Origin: Roseovarius sp.
GTDB lineage: Bacteria; Pseudomonadota; Alphaproteobacteria; Rhodobacterales; Rhodobacteraceae
Length of the DNA: 64,000 nucleotides
Reading direction: 5' to 3'
Assembly: GCF_965277045.1 (NCBI RefSeq)
Contig: NZ_OZ255712.1
Span: 847,340 to 911,339 of the forward strand
Shown: in pieces, positions 38,409 to 47,880 of the stretch
How the letters are laid out: each line of letters starts with the position of its first letter
How positions within the stretch are numbered: the stretch's first letter is position 1
Notes under the pieces: generated by a model
What the model saw: the letters and a program-made list of their open reading frames with translations, nothing else
What the model was told of the DNA's origin: nothing
The model's database searches: none
Position numbers and translations under genes: made by a program

Positions 38409-39638
38409 ATGAACTTTGAAATCCGACCGCATGTCGCGGAGTTGCTGGACCGTGTGCGGGTGATGGTGCAGGACGCCATAATGCCGATGGAGGCCCCGTA
38501 CCACGCGGAGGTCGAGAAGGGCGACCGCTGGAGCTATACCGAGCGCCAGGCCGAGATTTTGGAAGGGCTGAAGGCGCAGGCCAAGGCGGCGGGCCTGTGG
38601 AACTTCTGGCTGACCGATGGTGAGGGCGGCGTGGGGCTGAGCACGGTCGAGTACGCTTATTTCGCAGAGGAAATCGGCAAGACGCCGATGGCGGCGGAAG
38701 TGTTCAACTGCAACGCGCCGGACACCGGCAACATGGAAGTGTTCCAGAAGCACGGCACCGACGACATGAAGGCGCGGTGGCTGGCGCCGCTCCTGGAAGG
38801 GGACATCCGCTCGGCCTACCTGATGACCGAGCCGGATGTGGCCAGTTCGGACGCCACGAACATCTCGCTGAGCTGTGTGCGGGAGGGGGACGCCTATGTC
38901 CTGAACGGCGAAAAGTGGTGGGCCACGGGGGCCGGGGACCCGCGCTGCGCGGTCTATATCGTGATGGTCAAGACCGGCGATGACGATTCGCCCAAGCATC
39001 AGCGCCATTCGATGATCGTGGTGCCGTCCGACACGCAGGGTGTTGAGAAGGTCAGGCCGATGAAGGTCTACGGCGCCGATGACGCGCCGCACGGGCACAT
39101 GCATATCCGGTTCAGCGATGTGCGGGTGCCGGCCGAGAACATGCTGCTGGGCGAAGGGCGCGGGTTCGAGATCGCGCAGGGGCGGCTGGGGCCGGGACGC
39201 ATTCACCATTGCATGCGGGCCATCGGCATGGCCGAGGCGGCGCTGGAGCTGATGTGCCGCAGGTCCCTGCAGCGCGAGGCCTTCGGCAAGCCGCTGGCGC
39301 AGCTGGGGGCGAATTTCGATTATATCGCCGAGGCCCGGATGGAGATCGAGCAGGCGCGGCTGTTGTGCCTGAAGGCCGCGTGGATGATGGACCGGGGCGA
39401 TGCACGGGCGGCGGCGCCCTGGATCAGCCAGATCAAGGTGGTCGCGCCCAAGGTGGCGCTGAAGGTGGTGGACGAGGCCGTCCAGATGTTCGGGGCGCAG
39501 GGCATCAGCCAGGACACGCCGCTGGCGGCGATGTGGACACACCTGCGCACCCTGCGCCTGGCCGACGGGCCGGACGCGGTGCATCGGCGGCAGGTGGCGC
39601 GGGCGGAGCTGCGCAAATACACGCAACAGAAGATCTGA
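38409..39638 (+). CDS. Acyl-CoA dehydrogenase (ACAD10/11-like)
   Basis: FNCNAPDTGNMEV, MTEPDVASSDATN, GRLGPGRIHHCMR, RLADGPDAVH. Confidence 0.92.
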   Translation: MNFEIRPHVAELLDRVRVMVQDAIMPMEAPYHAEVEKGDRWSYTERQAEILEGLKAQAKAAGLWNFWLTDGEGGVGLSTVEYAYFAEEIGKTPMAAEVFNCNAPDTGNMEVFQKHGTDDMKARWLAPLLEGDIRSAYLMTEPDVASSDATNISLSCVREGDAYVLNGEKWWATGAGDPRCAVYIVMVKTGDDDSPKHQRHSMIVVPSDTQGVEKVRPMKVYGADDAPHGHMHIRFSDVRVPAENMLLGEGRGFEIAQGRLGPGRIHHCMRAIGMAEAALELMCRRSLQREAFGKPLAQLGANFDYIAEARMEIEQARLLCLKAAWMMDRGDARAAAPWISQIKVVAPKVALKVVDEAVQMFGAQGISQDTPLAAMWTHLRTLRLADGPDAVHRRQVARAELRKYTQQKI

Positions 39639-39639
39639 G

Positions 39640-39725
39640 CGCCTGCCGCGCCGCCGGGCGCAAAATTTATTCGAAAAAATTTTGCCACCGCGACAAGGCG
39701 TGCCTTGGCGCCATCCTGGCAGGCG
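39640..39725. repeat. Short palindromic intergenic element
   Basis: Terminal IR CGCCTGCC (39640-47)/GGCAGGCG (39718-25) enclosing CAAAATTT-N8-AAATTTTG (39661-84). Confidence 0.55.
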
Positions 39726-39797
39726 GAGGTTAACGGGGTCTGAAAATTCCGTACTTTTGCGCTCGACATCCCGGCGCGCCGCGGGCTTTATGCCGCC

Positions 39798-40703
39798 ATG
39801 AGTTCAGAGTTGAATGCACGGCCCGGCTGGGGTGTTTTCTGGATGGTCGTGACCGGTGTGCTGTTTGTCGGTGTGACCGCCATGGTAAAGCTTCTGGGCA
39901 CGCGGATCCCTGCCACGGAGGCGGCGTTTCTTCGGTACGTGCTGGGGCTGATCTTACTTTTGCCGATGCTGGGCACGTTGAGCCGCCTGCGGCTGGACCG
40001 CGGCACCTGGGGCCTGTTCGCCGCGAGAGGGCTCGCGCATTCCGCCGGGGTGGGCCTGTGGTTCTTTGCCATGGCACGGATCCCGCTCGCGGATGTGACG
40101 GCGATGAACTATCTCTCGCCCATCTATGTCACGCTGGGCGCGGCGCTTTTTCTGGGGGAAAGGCTGGCCTTGAGACGGGTCATGGCCATCGTCGTGGCCC
40201 TGATCGGCGCGTTCATCATCCTGCGCCCGGGGTTCCGAGAGTTGGGGCCCGGGCATTTCGCGATGCTGTTCACCGCGGTGGCCTTCGGCGGGTCGTACCT
40301 GCTGGCCAAGATGCTGTCCGACCGCTGTGCGCCCGGGCTGGTGGTGGCGATGCTGTCGATCACCGTGACGATCGGGCTGGCGCCCGTGGCGCTGAGCAAC
40401 TGGGTGCCGCCAACCCTTTGGGAGCTGGCGATATTGATGGGGGTCGCGGCCTTTGCCACGGGCGGGCATTACACCATGACGCTGGCGTTTCGCGCGGCCC
40501 CGCTGGCGGTGACGCAGCCGGTGACGTTCCTGCAGCTTGTTTGGGCGGTGCTGTTGGGCGTGACCTTTTTCGCCGAACCGTTTGATCCGTGGGTGATTTT
40601 GGGCGGGCTGGTGATCGTCGGATCGGTCAGTTTCATCAGCTGGCGGGAGGCTGTGCTGAAGCGGCGCGCGGTGACCCCGGCGGCGCATCAGACAAAATTC
40701 TGA
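39798..40703 (+). CDS. DMT/EamA family transporter
   Basis: About 10 TM segments; EAAFLRY, ALFLGERL, VTQPVTFLQLVWA. Confidence 0.88.
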   Translation: MSSELNARPGWGVFWMVVTGVLFVGVTAMVKLLGTRIPATEAAFLRYVLGLILLLPMLGTLSRLRLDRGTWGLFAARGLAHSAGVGLWFFAMARIPLADVTAMNYLSPIYVTLGAALFLGERLALRRVMAIVVALIGAFIILRPGFRELGPGHFAMLFTAVAFGGSYLLAKMLSDRCAPGLVVAMLSITVTIGLAPVALSNWVPPTLWELAILMGVAAFATGGHYTMTLAFRAAPLAVTQPVTFLQLVWAVLLGVTFFAEPFDPWVILGGLVIVGSVSFISWREAVLKRRAVTPAAHQTKF

Positions 40704-40738
40704 TTCGACTGGTTAATTTCGGCAAGAACGCCGAAAAC

Positions 40739-40784
40739 GGTACGTCGGTATCGCGTCGGTATCCGGGTGGTATCGCGACGGTGC
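40739..40784. repeat. Short 11-bp-period tandem repeat
   Basis: GGTA/GGTG cores at 40747, 40758, 40769, 40780. Confidence 0.5.
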
Positions 40785-40848
40785 GGTTTTTCGCGGGGGG
40801 CGGCCTTGCCGCACCGGGCGGCGCGGCAAGGGGCAATCCATGTGTGTG

Positions 40849-41085
40849 TCAGGCCGTGAGCACCGCGTAGAGTTCGTCCTTCAGGCGGGCGCGTTTCTTG
40901 CGCATGTCCGTCTCGGCGGCGGGCGAGACCGGGGTCACGTTGGTTTCCGCCGCGTGGATCTGCCGGTTGACCGCATGGTAGTCGTCCATCAGCCGGGCGA
41001 AATGGGCGTCCGAGGTTTTCAGCGCCGTGATGCGGTCGGCCATTTCGGGGAATTCTTCGTGCAGCTCGTGCGGGGTGTGTGACAT
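40849..41085 (-). CDS. DUF465/YdcH-family small protein
   Basis: MSHTPHELHEEFPE...DAHFARLMDDYHAVNRQI...RKKRARLKDEL; SD GGAGG. Confidence 0.88.
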   Translation of the reverse strand: MSHTPHELHEEFPEMADRITALKTSDAHFARLMDDYHAVNRQIHAAETNVTPVSPAAETDMRKKRARLKDELYAVLTA

Positions 41086-41117
41086 CCGGGGTCCTCCTTG
41101 TTCGCGTGTCGGAGGAG

Positions 41118-41159
41118 AGGTTAGGCGCGCGCCGGGGGGCGCACCTTGATGCGGATCAA
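41118..41159 (-). promoter_or_regulatory. FNR/FnrL box with class-II promoter for the DUF465 gene
   Basis: Perfect TTGAT-GCGG-ATCAA (41146-59); -10 TAACCT (41123-18) at the spacing expected for a site centred at -41.5. Confidence 0.75.
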
Positions 41160-41172
41160 ACCGGAGCGGTCC

Positions 41173-42828
41173 TCAGCGTTGCGCGGTCTGCCATTCGGGG
41201 TGGATCCAGGCCTGGGCGTTGTCCGCCGGAAGCGCGCGGTCGAGGACGTGATCGGCCATCTTCTCGCCCACCATGATCGAGGGGGCGTTGAGATTGCCGT
41301 TGGGGATGCGCGGGAAGACCGAACTGTCGGCGACGCGCAGGCCCGAGACGCCGATCACGCGGCCCTGCGGGTCGACCACGCTGCGCGGATCGTCCACCCG
41401 GCCCATGCGGCAGGTTCCGCAGGGGTGATAGGCGCTTTCGGCGTGTTCGCGGATGAAAGCGTCGAGCTGGTCGTCGGACTGCATGTCCGCGCCGGGTTGG
41501 ATCTCGTGCTTGGAGAACGGAGCGAAGGCGTCCTGGGCGAAGACCTCGCGCGTCAGCCGGATGGCGCGGCGGAAATCGCGCCAGTCGCTATCGCAGCTCA
41601 TGTAGTTGAAGAAAATCTTCGGCGGTGCGGCGGGATCGGCGGAATTGAGCGTGACAGCCCCGCGGCTCTCGGAACGCATGGGGCCGACATGGGCCTGGTA
41701 GCCGTGGCCCTCGGCCGCCGCCTGGCCGTCATAGCGCACGGCGATGGGAAGGAAATGGAATTGCAGGTCGGGATAATCCACGCCTGCCGCCGAGCGGATG
41801 AAGCCGCAGGATTCGAACTGGTTGGTGGCGCCTGGGCCGGTCTTGCCTAGCAGCCAGGTGAGGCCGACGAGGGCCTTGCCGGGCAGGTTCCAGTACTTGT
41901 AGAGGCTGACCGGCTGGGAGGCGGCCATCTGTACGTAGACCTCGAGATGGTCCTGAAGGTTGGCGCCGACGCCGGGGCGGTCGGCGATGACGTCGATGCC
42001 GTGTTCGGCGAGATGCGCGGCGGGGCCGATGCCGGAGAGCATCAGGAGTTTGGGGGAGTTGAAGGCCGACGCGGACAGGATGACTTCGGCATTGGCACGG
42101 ATGATTTCCTGCCGGCCTTTACGGGTGACCTTTACGCCGATGGCGCGGCCGTCTTCGAAGACCACACGGCCCGCGAGGCCGCGGATGACGTCGCATTTTC
42201 CGGTCTTGAGCGCGGGCTTGAGATAGGCGTTGGCGGCGGACCAGCGCTGGCCCTTGTGGACGGTCATCTCGAAGGGCGCGAAGCCTTCCTGCTGTTCGCC
42301 GTTATAGTCGGGCGTCACCGGGTAGCCCGCCTGTCGACCCGCCTCGATGAAGGCGCGGGTGAGGGGGTTGGCCATCTGGCCGCGGGTGACGTGCAGAGGG
42401 CCGTCCTGGCCGCGCCAGTCGGGGTCGCCGCCATGGCCGGCATCGGTCCAGTTTTCCAGGCGCTTGTAATAGGGCAGCACGTCGGCATAGCCCCAGCCGG
42501 TGGCGCCCTCGTCGCGCCAGTGGTCGAAGTCGCGGGCGTGGCCGCGCACATAGACCATGCCGTTGATTGAGGAGGAGCCGCCGATGACCTTGCCGCGCGG
42601 GGCGGCGAGGCGGCGGTTGTTCAGGTGGGGTTCCGGCTCGGTGCGGTAGCCCCAGTCGTACATCTTCATGTTCATCGGGTAGCTGAGCGCGCCGGGCATC
42701 TGGATGAAGGGGCCGGCATCGGTGCCGCCATGTTCGATGACCAGAACGGAATGGCCCGCCTCGGACAGGCGGTAGGCCATGGCGCAGCCGGCGCTGCCGG
42801 CGCCGACGATGACGTAATCGGCTTGCAT
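41173..42828 (-). CDS. betA: Choline dehydrogenase
   Basis: [64 protein letters not shown]. Confidence 0.96.
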   Translation of the reverse strand: MQADYVIVGAGSAGCAMAYRLSEAGHSVLVIEHGGTDAGPFIQMPGALSYPMNMKMYDWGYRTEPEPHLNNRRLAAPRGKVIGGSSSINGMVYVRGHARDFDHWRDEGATGWGYADVLPYYKRLENWTDAGHGGDPDWRGQDGPLHVTRGQMANPLTRAFIEAGRQAGYPVTPDYNGEQQEGFAPFEMTVHKGQRWSAANAYLKPALKTGKCDVIRGLAGRVVFEDGRAIGVKVTRKGRQEIIRANAEVILSASAFNSPKLLMLSGIGPAAHLAEHGIDVIADRPGVGANLQDHLEVYVQMAASQPVSLYKYWNLPGKALVGLTWLLGKTGPGATNQFESCGFIRSAAGVDYPDLQFHFLPIAVRYDGQAAAEGHGYQAHVGPMRSESRGAVTLNSADPAAPPKIFFNYMSCDSDWRDFRRAIRLTREVFAQDAFAPFSKHEIQPGADMQSDDQLDAFIREHAESAYHPCGTCRMGRVDDPRSVVDPQGRVIGVSGLRVADSSVFPRIPNGNLNAPSIMVGEKMADHVLDRALPADNAQAWIHPEWQTAQR

Positions 42829-42850
42829 CAGGGACCTCGCTTGGATGGTG

Positions 42851-42982
42851 GGCGAAGGAGGGGGGCGCTGCCCGCTTGGCGAAGGAGGGGGGCGCTGCCC
42901 GCTGCGAAGAAGAGGGGGGCGCTGCCCCCCGCGGCGAACCTGCGGTTCACCGCTCCCCCCGGGATATTTATGGCCAGAGGAA
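42851..42982. repeat. REP-like cluster between GST and betA
   Basis: Three ~27-bp units GCGAAG(G/A)AG(A)GGGGGCGCTGCCC plus the reverse-complement of the 2077-2103 head (1 mismatch). Confidence 0.8.
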
Positions 42983-42988
42983 AAGGCA

Positions 42989-43639
42989 TCAGGCGCCCTC
43001 GGCCCGCAGGGTGTCGTAGGGGACCATGACGTGGGCCCGGTAGGCGGGGCGCCGGGTGAGGCGGTTGTAATAAGCCTCGACCGTCGGATTGGCGGCACGG
43101 GGGATGTCGATGGTGAACCAGCGGTAGAGGAGGTGGCCCGCGACGATGTCGGCGGCGGTGAAGTGGTCGCCGCAGATGTAATCGTGGTCGGAGAGTTGCT
43201 CGGCCAGGCGCGCGAGATGGGCGTCGAAGCGCGTTATGGCGGCGTCGAGCGCGGCTTGGTCGCGGTCGGCGGCGGAGGTGCGGACGCGGGGCCAGAAGAT
43301 GGGGTGGGTGAAGCCCACGGCCAGGGTGGTCTTGGCCCATTCGGCCCACATGTCGACGGGGGCGCGGGCGGCGGGGTCGGCGGGCCAGAAGGGGCCGCCG
43401 TCGCCGTAGCGGGATGCCAGGTAGCGCAGGATTGCGGTGCTTTCCCAGACCACGAGGTCGCCGTCGCGCAGGACCGGCACCTTGCGGTGCGGGTTCATGG
43501 CGCCGAATTCAGGCGTGTCGAGGCCGCCATGGGCGTGGCCGTAGTCGAGCCGCTCGCAGTCGAGGCCAAGCTCGGCGAGGGTCCACATGACCAGTTGCAC
43601 GTTGGAGGAGGTGGCGCGGCCATAGACGGTGAGCATCAT
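42989..43639 (-). CDS. Glutathione S-transferase (GstB/YliJ-like)
   Basis: [41 protein letters not shown]; ATG overlaps the betC stop. Confidence 0.92.
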   Translation of the reverse strand: MMLTVYGRATSSNVQLVMWTLAELGLDCERLDYGHAHGGLDTPEFGAMNPHRKVPVLRDGDLVVWESTAILRYLASRYGDGGPFWPADPAARAPVDMWAEWAKTTLAVGFTHPIFWPRVRTSAADRDQAALDAAITRFDAHLARLAEQLSDHDYICGDHFTAADIVAGHLLYRWFTIDIPRAANPTVEAYYNRLTRRPAYRAHVMVPYDTLRAEGA

Positions 43640-45150
43640 TCGCCCCTCGGGTAGCGGGCGTTTTCCTCGACCACGTTGAGGTCCATGTGATTGCGCATGT
43701 AGCGCTCGGACGCCTTTTGCAGGGGCTGGTAATCCCACGGGTAATAGCCGCCCTGGCGCAGCGCTTCGTAGACGACCCAGCGGCGGGCCTGGCTTTCGCG
43801 GACCTGGGCGTCGAAGGCCTCGAGATCCCAGCGGGCGGCGGCCTCGACGCGGAAGCGCTCGAGGGTGGATTTGTGCGCGGGGTCCTCGGCCAGGTTGGTG
43901 AGCTCCAGCGGGTCGGCGTCGAGGTCGAAGAGCTGTTCGGGGTCGAGCGCGCAGTTGGTGTATTTCCAGTGCTCGTGGCGCAGGCAGACCAGCGGCGAAT
44001 AGGAGGCCTCGGCGGCGTATTCCATGGCGACGGGGCTTTTGCGGATCGCGCCCTGGCCCGAGGGCACGAGGCTTTCGCCGGCGACCCAGGGCATGACCTC
44101 GGACATGTCCACGCCGGCGAGGTCGCAGAGCGTGGGGCAGACGTCGATATTGCTGACCGGCTCGGCGACAAGGCCGGGTGTCATCGCGGGGGCGGAGATC
44201 ATCAGTGGTACCCGCGACGAGCCCTCGAAGAAGGACATCTTGAACCACAGGCCGCGCTCGCCCAGCATGTCGCCGTGGTCGGAGACGAAGAGGATGATGG
44301 TGTCGTCTTCCTGGCGCGTGCCGCGGAGGGCCTCCATCACCTCGCCGATCTTGTCGTCGAGATAGGAGATGTTGGCGAAATAGGCGCGGCGGGAACGGCT
44401 TATGTCCTCGTCAGTGATGGTGAAGCTGCGCCAGTCGTTGGCATCGAAAATGCGCTGCGAATGGGGGTCGTGATCCTCGTAATCCATCGCGGGCACGTCG
44501 GGCAGGAGGTGTTCGCAGCCCTCGTAGAGGTCCCAGTATTTCTTGCGCGCGACATATGGATCGTGCGGGTGGGTGAAGCTGACCGTCAGGCACCAGGGGC
44601 GGTCGTCCTTGCCGCGCCCGTAATCGTAGACCTTGCGGGTGGCGTGGTAGGCGACCTCGTCATCGTATTCCATCTGGTTGGAGATCTCGGCCACGCCGGA
44701 GCCGGTGACAGAGCCCATGTTGTGGTACCACCAGTCGATGCGTTCGCCCGGTTTGCGGTAGTCGGGCGTCCAGCCGAAATCGGCGGGGTAAATGTCGGTC
44801 GTGAGGCGTTCCTCGAAGCCGTGGAGCTGGTCGGGGCCGACGAAATGCATCTTGCCGGAGAGGCAGGTCTGGTAGCTGGCGCGGCGCAGGTGATGCGCAT
44901 AGGTGGGAATGTCGGCGGAGAACTCGGCGGCGTTGTCGTAGACGCGGGAGCGCGAGGGCAGGAGGCCGGACATGTAGCTGGCGCGGCCAGGAGCGCAGAG
45001 CGGCGAGGCGGTGTAGGCGTTCCTGAACCGGGTGGAGCGGGCGGCCAGCGCCTTGAGGTTCGGCGCGTGCAGCCAGTCGGCGGGGCCGTCGGGGAAGAGC
45101 TTTCCGTTCAGCTGGTCGACCATGAAGATGAGGATGTTGGGACGTGTCAT
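43636..45150 (-). CDS. betC: Choline sulfatase
   Basis: PNILIFMVDQ, sulfatase motif SPLCAPGRAS, GKMH, SFTHPHDPY, SDHGDMLGERGLWFK. Confidence 0.95.
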   Translation of the reverse strand: MTRPNILIFMVDQLNGKLFPDGPADWLHAPNLKALAARSTRFRNAYTASPLCAPGRASYMSGLLPSRSRVYDNAAEFSADIPTYAHHLRRASYQTCLSGKMHFVGPDQLHGFEERLTTDIYPADFGWTPDYRKPGERIDWWYHNMGSVTGSGVAEISNQMEYDDEVAYHATRKVYDYGRGKDDRPWCLTVSFTHPHDPYVARKKYWDLYEGCEHLLPDVPAMDYEDHDPHSQRIFDANDWRSFTITDEDISRSRRAYFANISYLDDKIGEVMEALRGTRQEDDTIILFVSDHGDMLGERGLWFKMSFFEGSSRVPLMISAPAMTPGLVAEPVSNIDVCPTLCDLAGVDMSEVMPWVAGESLVPSGQGAIRKSPVAMEYAAEASYSPLVCLRHEHWKYTNCALDPEQLFDLDADPLELTNLAEDPAHKSTLERFRVEAAARWDLEAFDAQVRESQARRWVVYEALRQGGYYPWDYQPLQKASERYMRNHMDLNVVEENARYPRGE

Positions 45151-45737
45151 GTGGGGGCGCCTTCCGGGAGTGAGGTGTAGATATAGTGCAACAGCACACC
45201 GATGGCGGTTTCGCCCGAGAGCGGTGCGCTGTGCAGCGCCTGCCGGATATAGAGGCCGTCGATCATCGCGGCCAGACCGCGTGTGAGGATGCGGGCCTCG
45301 TCCGCCGGGGCAAGCTGGCGGAAGGCATGAAAGAGGTTGGAGCGCAGGCGTCGCTGGTAGACATGCAGAAGGCGCCGCGCCGCGTCGGATTTCTGGGCCT
45401 GGACGTAGAAGTTGAGCCAGGCGGCGATCATCTCGTCCCGGAACTGGCCGGGCGCGAAGCTGGCGCGGACGATCGCCTCGAGCCGCTGGTGGGGCGTTTT
45501 GGCCATGATCAGCGCGCCGCGCACCTCGGCGCCGTAGAGGGTGAGGATATGGCGCATGGCGGCGGCGAAGATCTGTTCCTTGGAGCCGAAATAGTGATGC
45601 GCCAGCGCCGAGGACACGCCGGCGCGGCGGGCGATCTGGCTGACGGTCACGTCGAGCGAGCCGCGCGCGCCGATCTCGTGGATCGTGGCCTCGACCAGCG
45701 CGGAGCGTCGAATCGGTTCCATTCCGATCTTGGGCAA
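45147..45737 (-). CDS. betI: Choline-responsive TetR-family repressor
   Basis: (M)PKIGMEPIRRSALVEATI...ALAHHYFGSKE...WLNFY...GLAAMIDGLYIR; TTG start after GGAGG. Confidence 0.92.
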   Translation of the reverse strand: MPKIGMEPIRRSALVEATIHEIGARGSLDVTVSQIARRAGVSSALAHHYFGSKEQIFAAAMRHILTLYGAEVRGALIMAKTPHQRLEAIVRASFAPGQFRDEMIAAWLNFYVQAQKSDAARRLLHVYQRRLRSNLFHAFRQLAPADEARILTRGLAAMIDGLYIRQALHSAPLSGETAIGVLLHYIYTSLPEGAPT

Positions 45738-45777
45738 TTGGTCCTCCGTGATTGACAGCCCCATGCGGTATTGAGTT

Positions 45778-45797
45778 TTAATTGACTCGTCAATCAA
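45778..45797. promoter_or_regulatory. BetI operator
   Basis: TTAATTGACTCGTCAATCAA, near-palindromic and resembling the E. coli BetI box TTAATTGAACGTTCAATTAA. Confidence 0.8.
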
Positions 45798-46038
45798 TAA
45801 ACGTATTGTTTGCGTCATCAGGGGGTGGGGACCGAGGATGAGACGTTGGGAGCTTTCGCGTTGCACGTGGCCGCACGTGGCGTCTAAGGTCGACACAATG
45901 TCGTTTTCGGGGCCATGCGGAGGGACCGCAGCGCAGCCCCGAAAAAGGTGCCACGAGCGCGAGATCGCGCGGCCCGGGACATACGCGCGTCATGCGCAGG
46001 ACTTATTGCAGTATCGTGTCAACAAGGGAGAACATGAC

Positions 46039-47595
46039 ATGTCATTGATCAAAGGCGGACTTCTGGACCGTCGCGGATTTCTGAAAACCACGGTCGCGGC
46101 GGGTGTCGCGGCGGGTCTGCCAGGGGCGTCCTTTGCCCAGAGCACGCCAAAGCGCGGCGGTGACCTGCGCGTGGCGAAAGGCCACGGCCAGACGACGGAC
46201 ACGCTGGACCCCGGCCAGTGGGAGAACGGCTATATGCTGGCGCTGGGCTTCGGCGTTCACGGGCGTTTGACCGAGGTGGCCCCCGACGGGTCGCTGGTGC
46301 CGGAGCTGGCCGAAAGCTGGGAAGCGTCCGAGGATGCCAGCGAATGGCGGTTCAAGATTCGCCAGGGCGTGACGTTCCATGACGGCAAGCCGGTGACGGT
46401 CAAGGACGTGGTGGCGTCGATCAACCACCACCGGGGCGAGGATTCGACCTCGGCCGCGGGGCCGATCGTGGCGCCGATCTCGGATATCAAGGCCGAGGGC
46501 GAGGACACGGTGGTGTTCACGCTGGATGGCGGCAATGCCGACTTTCCGTTCATCCTGTCGGATTACCACCTGGTGGTCTGCCCGGCGACGGAGGACGGCA
46601 TCGACTGGCAGTCGGGCAATGGCTGCGGCAGTTATGTCCTGAAGAACTTCAATGCCGGGGTCAGCAGCCAGTTCGAGCGCAACCCGAACCACTGGCGCGA
46701 CGACGTGGCATGGTTCGACACGGTCGAGATGCTGTGCGTGGTGGACCAGAACGCGCGCACGACCGCGCTGGTGTCGGGCGACGTGCAGGCGATCGACCGG
46801 GTCGACCTGAAGGCCGCGAACCTGCTGGGCCGCAATCCCGGTGTGACCATCGAATCGGTGGCGGGCACGCAGCACTATACCTTCGCGATGTCCACGAATA
46901 CCGACCCCTATACGGACAACAACATCCGTCAGGCCCTGAAATACGGCATCAACCGCGAGGAAATGGTCGAGAAGATCCTGTTCGGCTATGGCACGGTCGG
47001 CAACGACCATCCGATCGGCGAGGGGCAGCGCTTCTACAACTCCGAGCTGGAGCAGAAGACCTATGATCCCGACAAGGCGAAGTTCCACCTGAAAGAAGCC
47101 GGAATGGACAGCATCGACATCAACCTGTCGGCGTCGGATGCGGCCTTCGGCGGCGCGGTGGATGCGGCGATCCTCTACCAGGCGTCGGCCAAGGAGGCGG
47201 GCATCAACATCAACGTGGTACGCGAGCCCAAGGACGGTTACTGGTCGGACGTTTGGATGAAGAAGCCCTTCACCGCCGTCTACTGGGGCGGCCGGCCGGT
47301 CGAGGACCAGATGTTCGCCACCGCCTACCAGTGCGGGGCGGCATGGAACGACAGCTTCTGGTGCAATGACCGCTTCGAGGAGTTGCTGGTCAAGGCCCGT
47401 GCCGAGCTGGACGAGGACAAGCGCCGGGAGATGTATTACGAGATGCAGGACCTGGTGGCCAACCAGGGCGGCGTCGTGATCCCGATGTTTGCCAACTACG
47501 TCTTCGCGGTGGGCGAGAAGGTTGCCCATGGCGAGATGGCGTCGAACTGGGAGATGGACGGCGAGCGCTGGATGGAGCGCTGGTGGATGGCCTGA
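46039..47595 (+). CDS. ABC transporter substrate-binding protein, family 5 (peptide/nickel type), Tat-exported, orphan
   Basis: Tat motif DRRGFLK; TLDPG, LVPELAESWEAS, FKIRQGVTFHDGKP, IRQALKYGINRE. Confidence 0.9.
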   Translation: MSLIKGGLLDRRGFLKTTVAAGVAAGLPGASFAQSTPKRGGDLRVAKGHGQTTDTLDPGQWENGYMLALGFGVHGRLTEVAPDGSLVPELAESWEASEDASEWRFKIRQGVTFHDGKPVTVKDVVASINHHRGEDSTSAAGPIVAPISDIKAEGEDTVVFTLDGGNADFPFILSDYHLVVCPATEDGIDWQSGNGCGSYVLKNFNAGVSSQFERNPNHWRDDVAWFDTVEMLCVVDQNARTTALVSGDVQAIDRVDLKAANLLGRNPGVTIESVAGTQHYTFAMSTNTDPYTDNNIRQALKYGINREEMVEKILFGYGTVGNDHPIGEGQRFYNSELEQKTYDPDKAKFHLKEAGMDSIDINLSASDAAFGGAVDAAILYQASAKEAGININVVREPKDGYWSDVWMKKPFTAVYWGGRPVEDQMFATAYQCGAAWNDSFWCNDRFEELLVKARAELDEDKRREMYYEMQDLVANQGGVVIPMFANYVFAVGEKVAHGEMASNWEMDGERWMERWWMA

Positions 47596-47624
47596 TATTC
47601 GGGTTTGTTCGTGAGACTTGGAGG

Positions 47625-47654
47625 ACCCCCGGTTTGGCCGGGGGTTTTTCTTTT
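47625..47654 (+). terminator. Intrinsic terminator after the SBP gene
   Basis: ACCCCCGG-TTTGG-CCGGGGGT-TTTTCTTTT. Confidence 0.8.
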
Positions 47655-47663
47655 GGTAGGGGC

Positions 47664-47685
47664 GGTGGGTTTTCACCCACCCTAC
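47664..47685 (-). repeat. GTAG-family REP
   Basis: Reverse strand GTAGGGTGGGTGAAAACCCACC. Confidence 0.65.
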
Positions 47686-47740
47686 GACGTGCCGAATAAC
47701 GTTGGGGCCGGGAAGCGCGCGGAATCAAGGCCGGAGGCCG

Positions 47741-47880
47741 CCGCGCGATCGCCAGACCGCCCGGACGGGCTGGCGATTGGGTGACTTTGGCGCGCAAATC
47801 AAAGGTGTTACGGATTTGGCTGCCATAAAGTGCCCCGAACACCTGGCGGGTCGCCATCCCGCGGTCTGGCGCTCGCGCGG
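47741..47880. mobile_element. MITE-like non-autonomous element (140 bp)
   Basis: 20-bp terminal inverted repeats CCGCGCGA(T/G)CGCCAGACCGC (19/20 match), extended inward by GGG(C/A)TGGCGA; right end abuts the pccR stop codon; no target-site duplication seen. Confidence 0.55.

Noticed and set aside
42851-42932. Three ~27-bp direct repeats as a possible mini-CRISPR
   Set aside because: Units abut with no unique spacers, no cas genes are present, and they are attached to a REP-like head
42829-43098. 90-aa N-terminal extension of BetA in the ORF track
   Set aside because: It is read-through of the GST end and the repeat cluster; the canonical start [11 protein letters not shown] is at 42828
45904-45945. 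Hairpin in the SBP leader as a riboswitch or terminator
   Set aside because: No U-tract on either strand and no match to a riboswitch class I recognise; noted only as context
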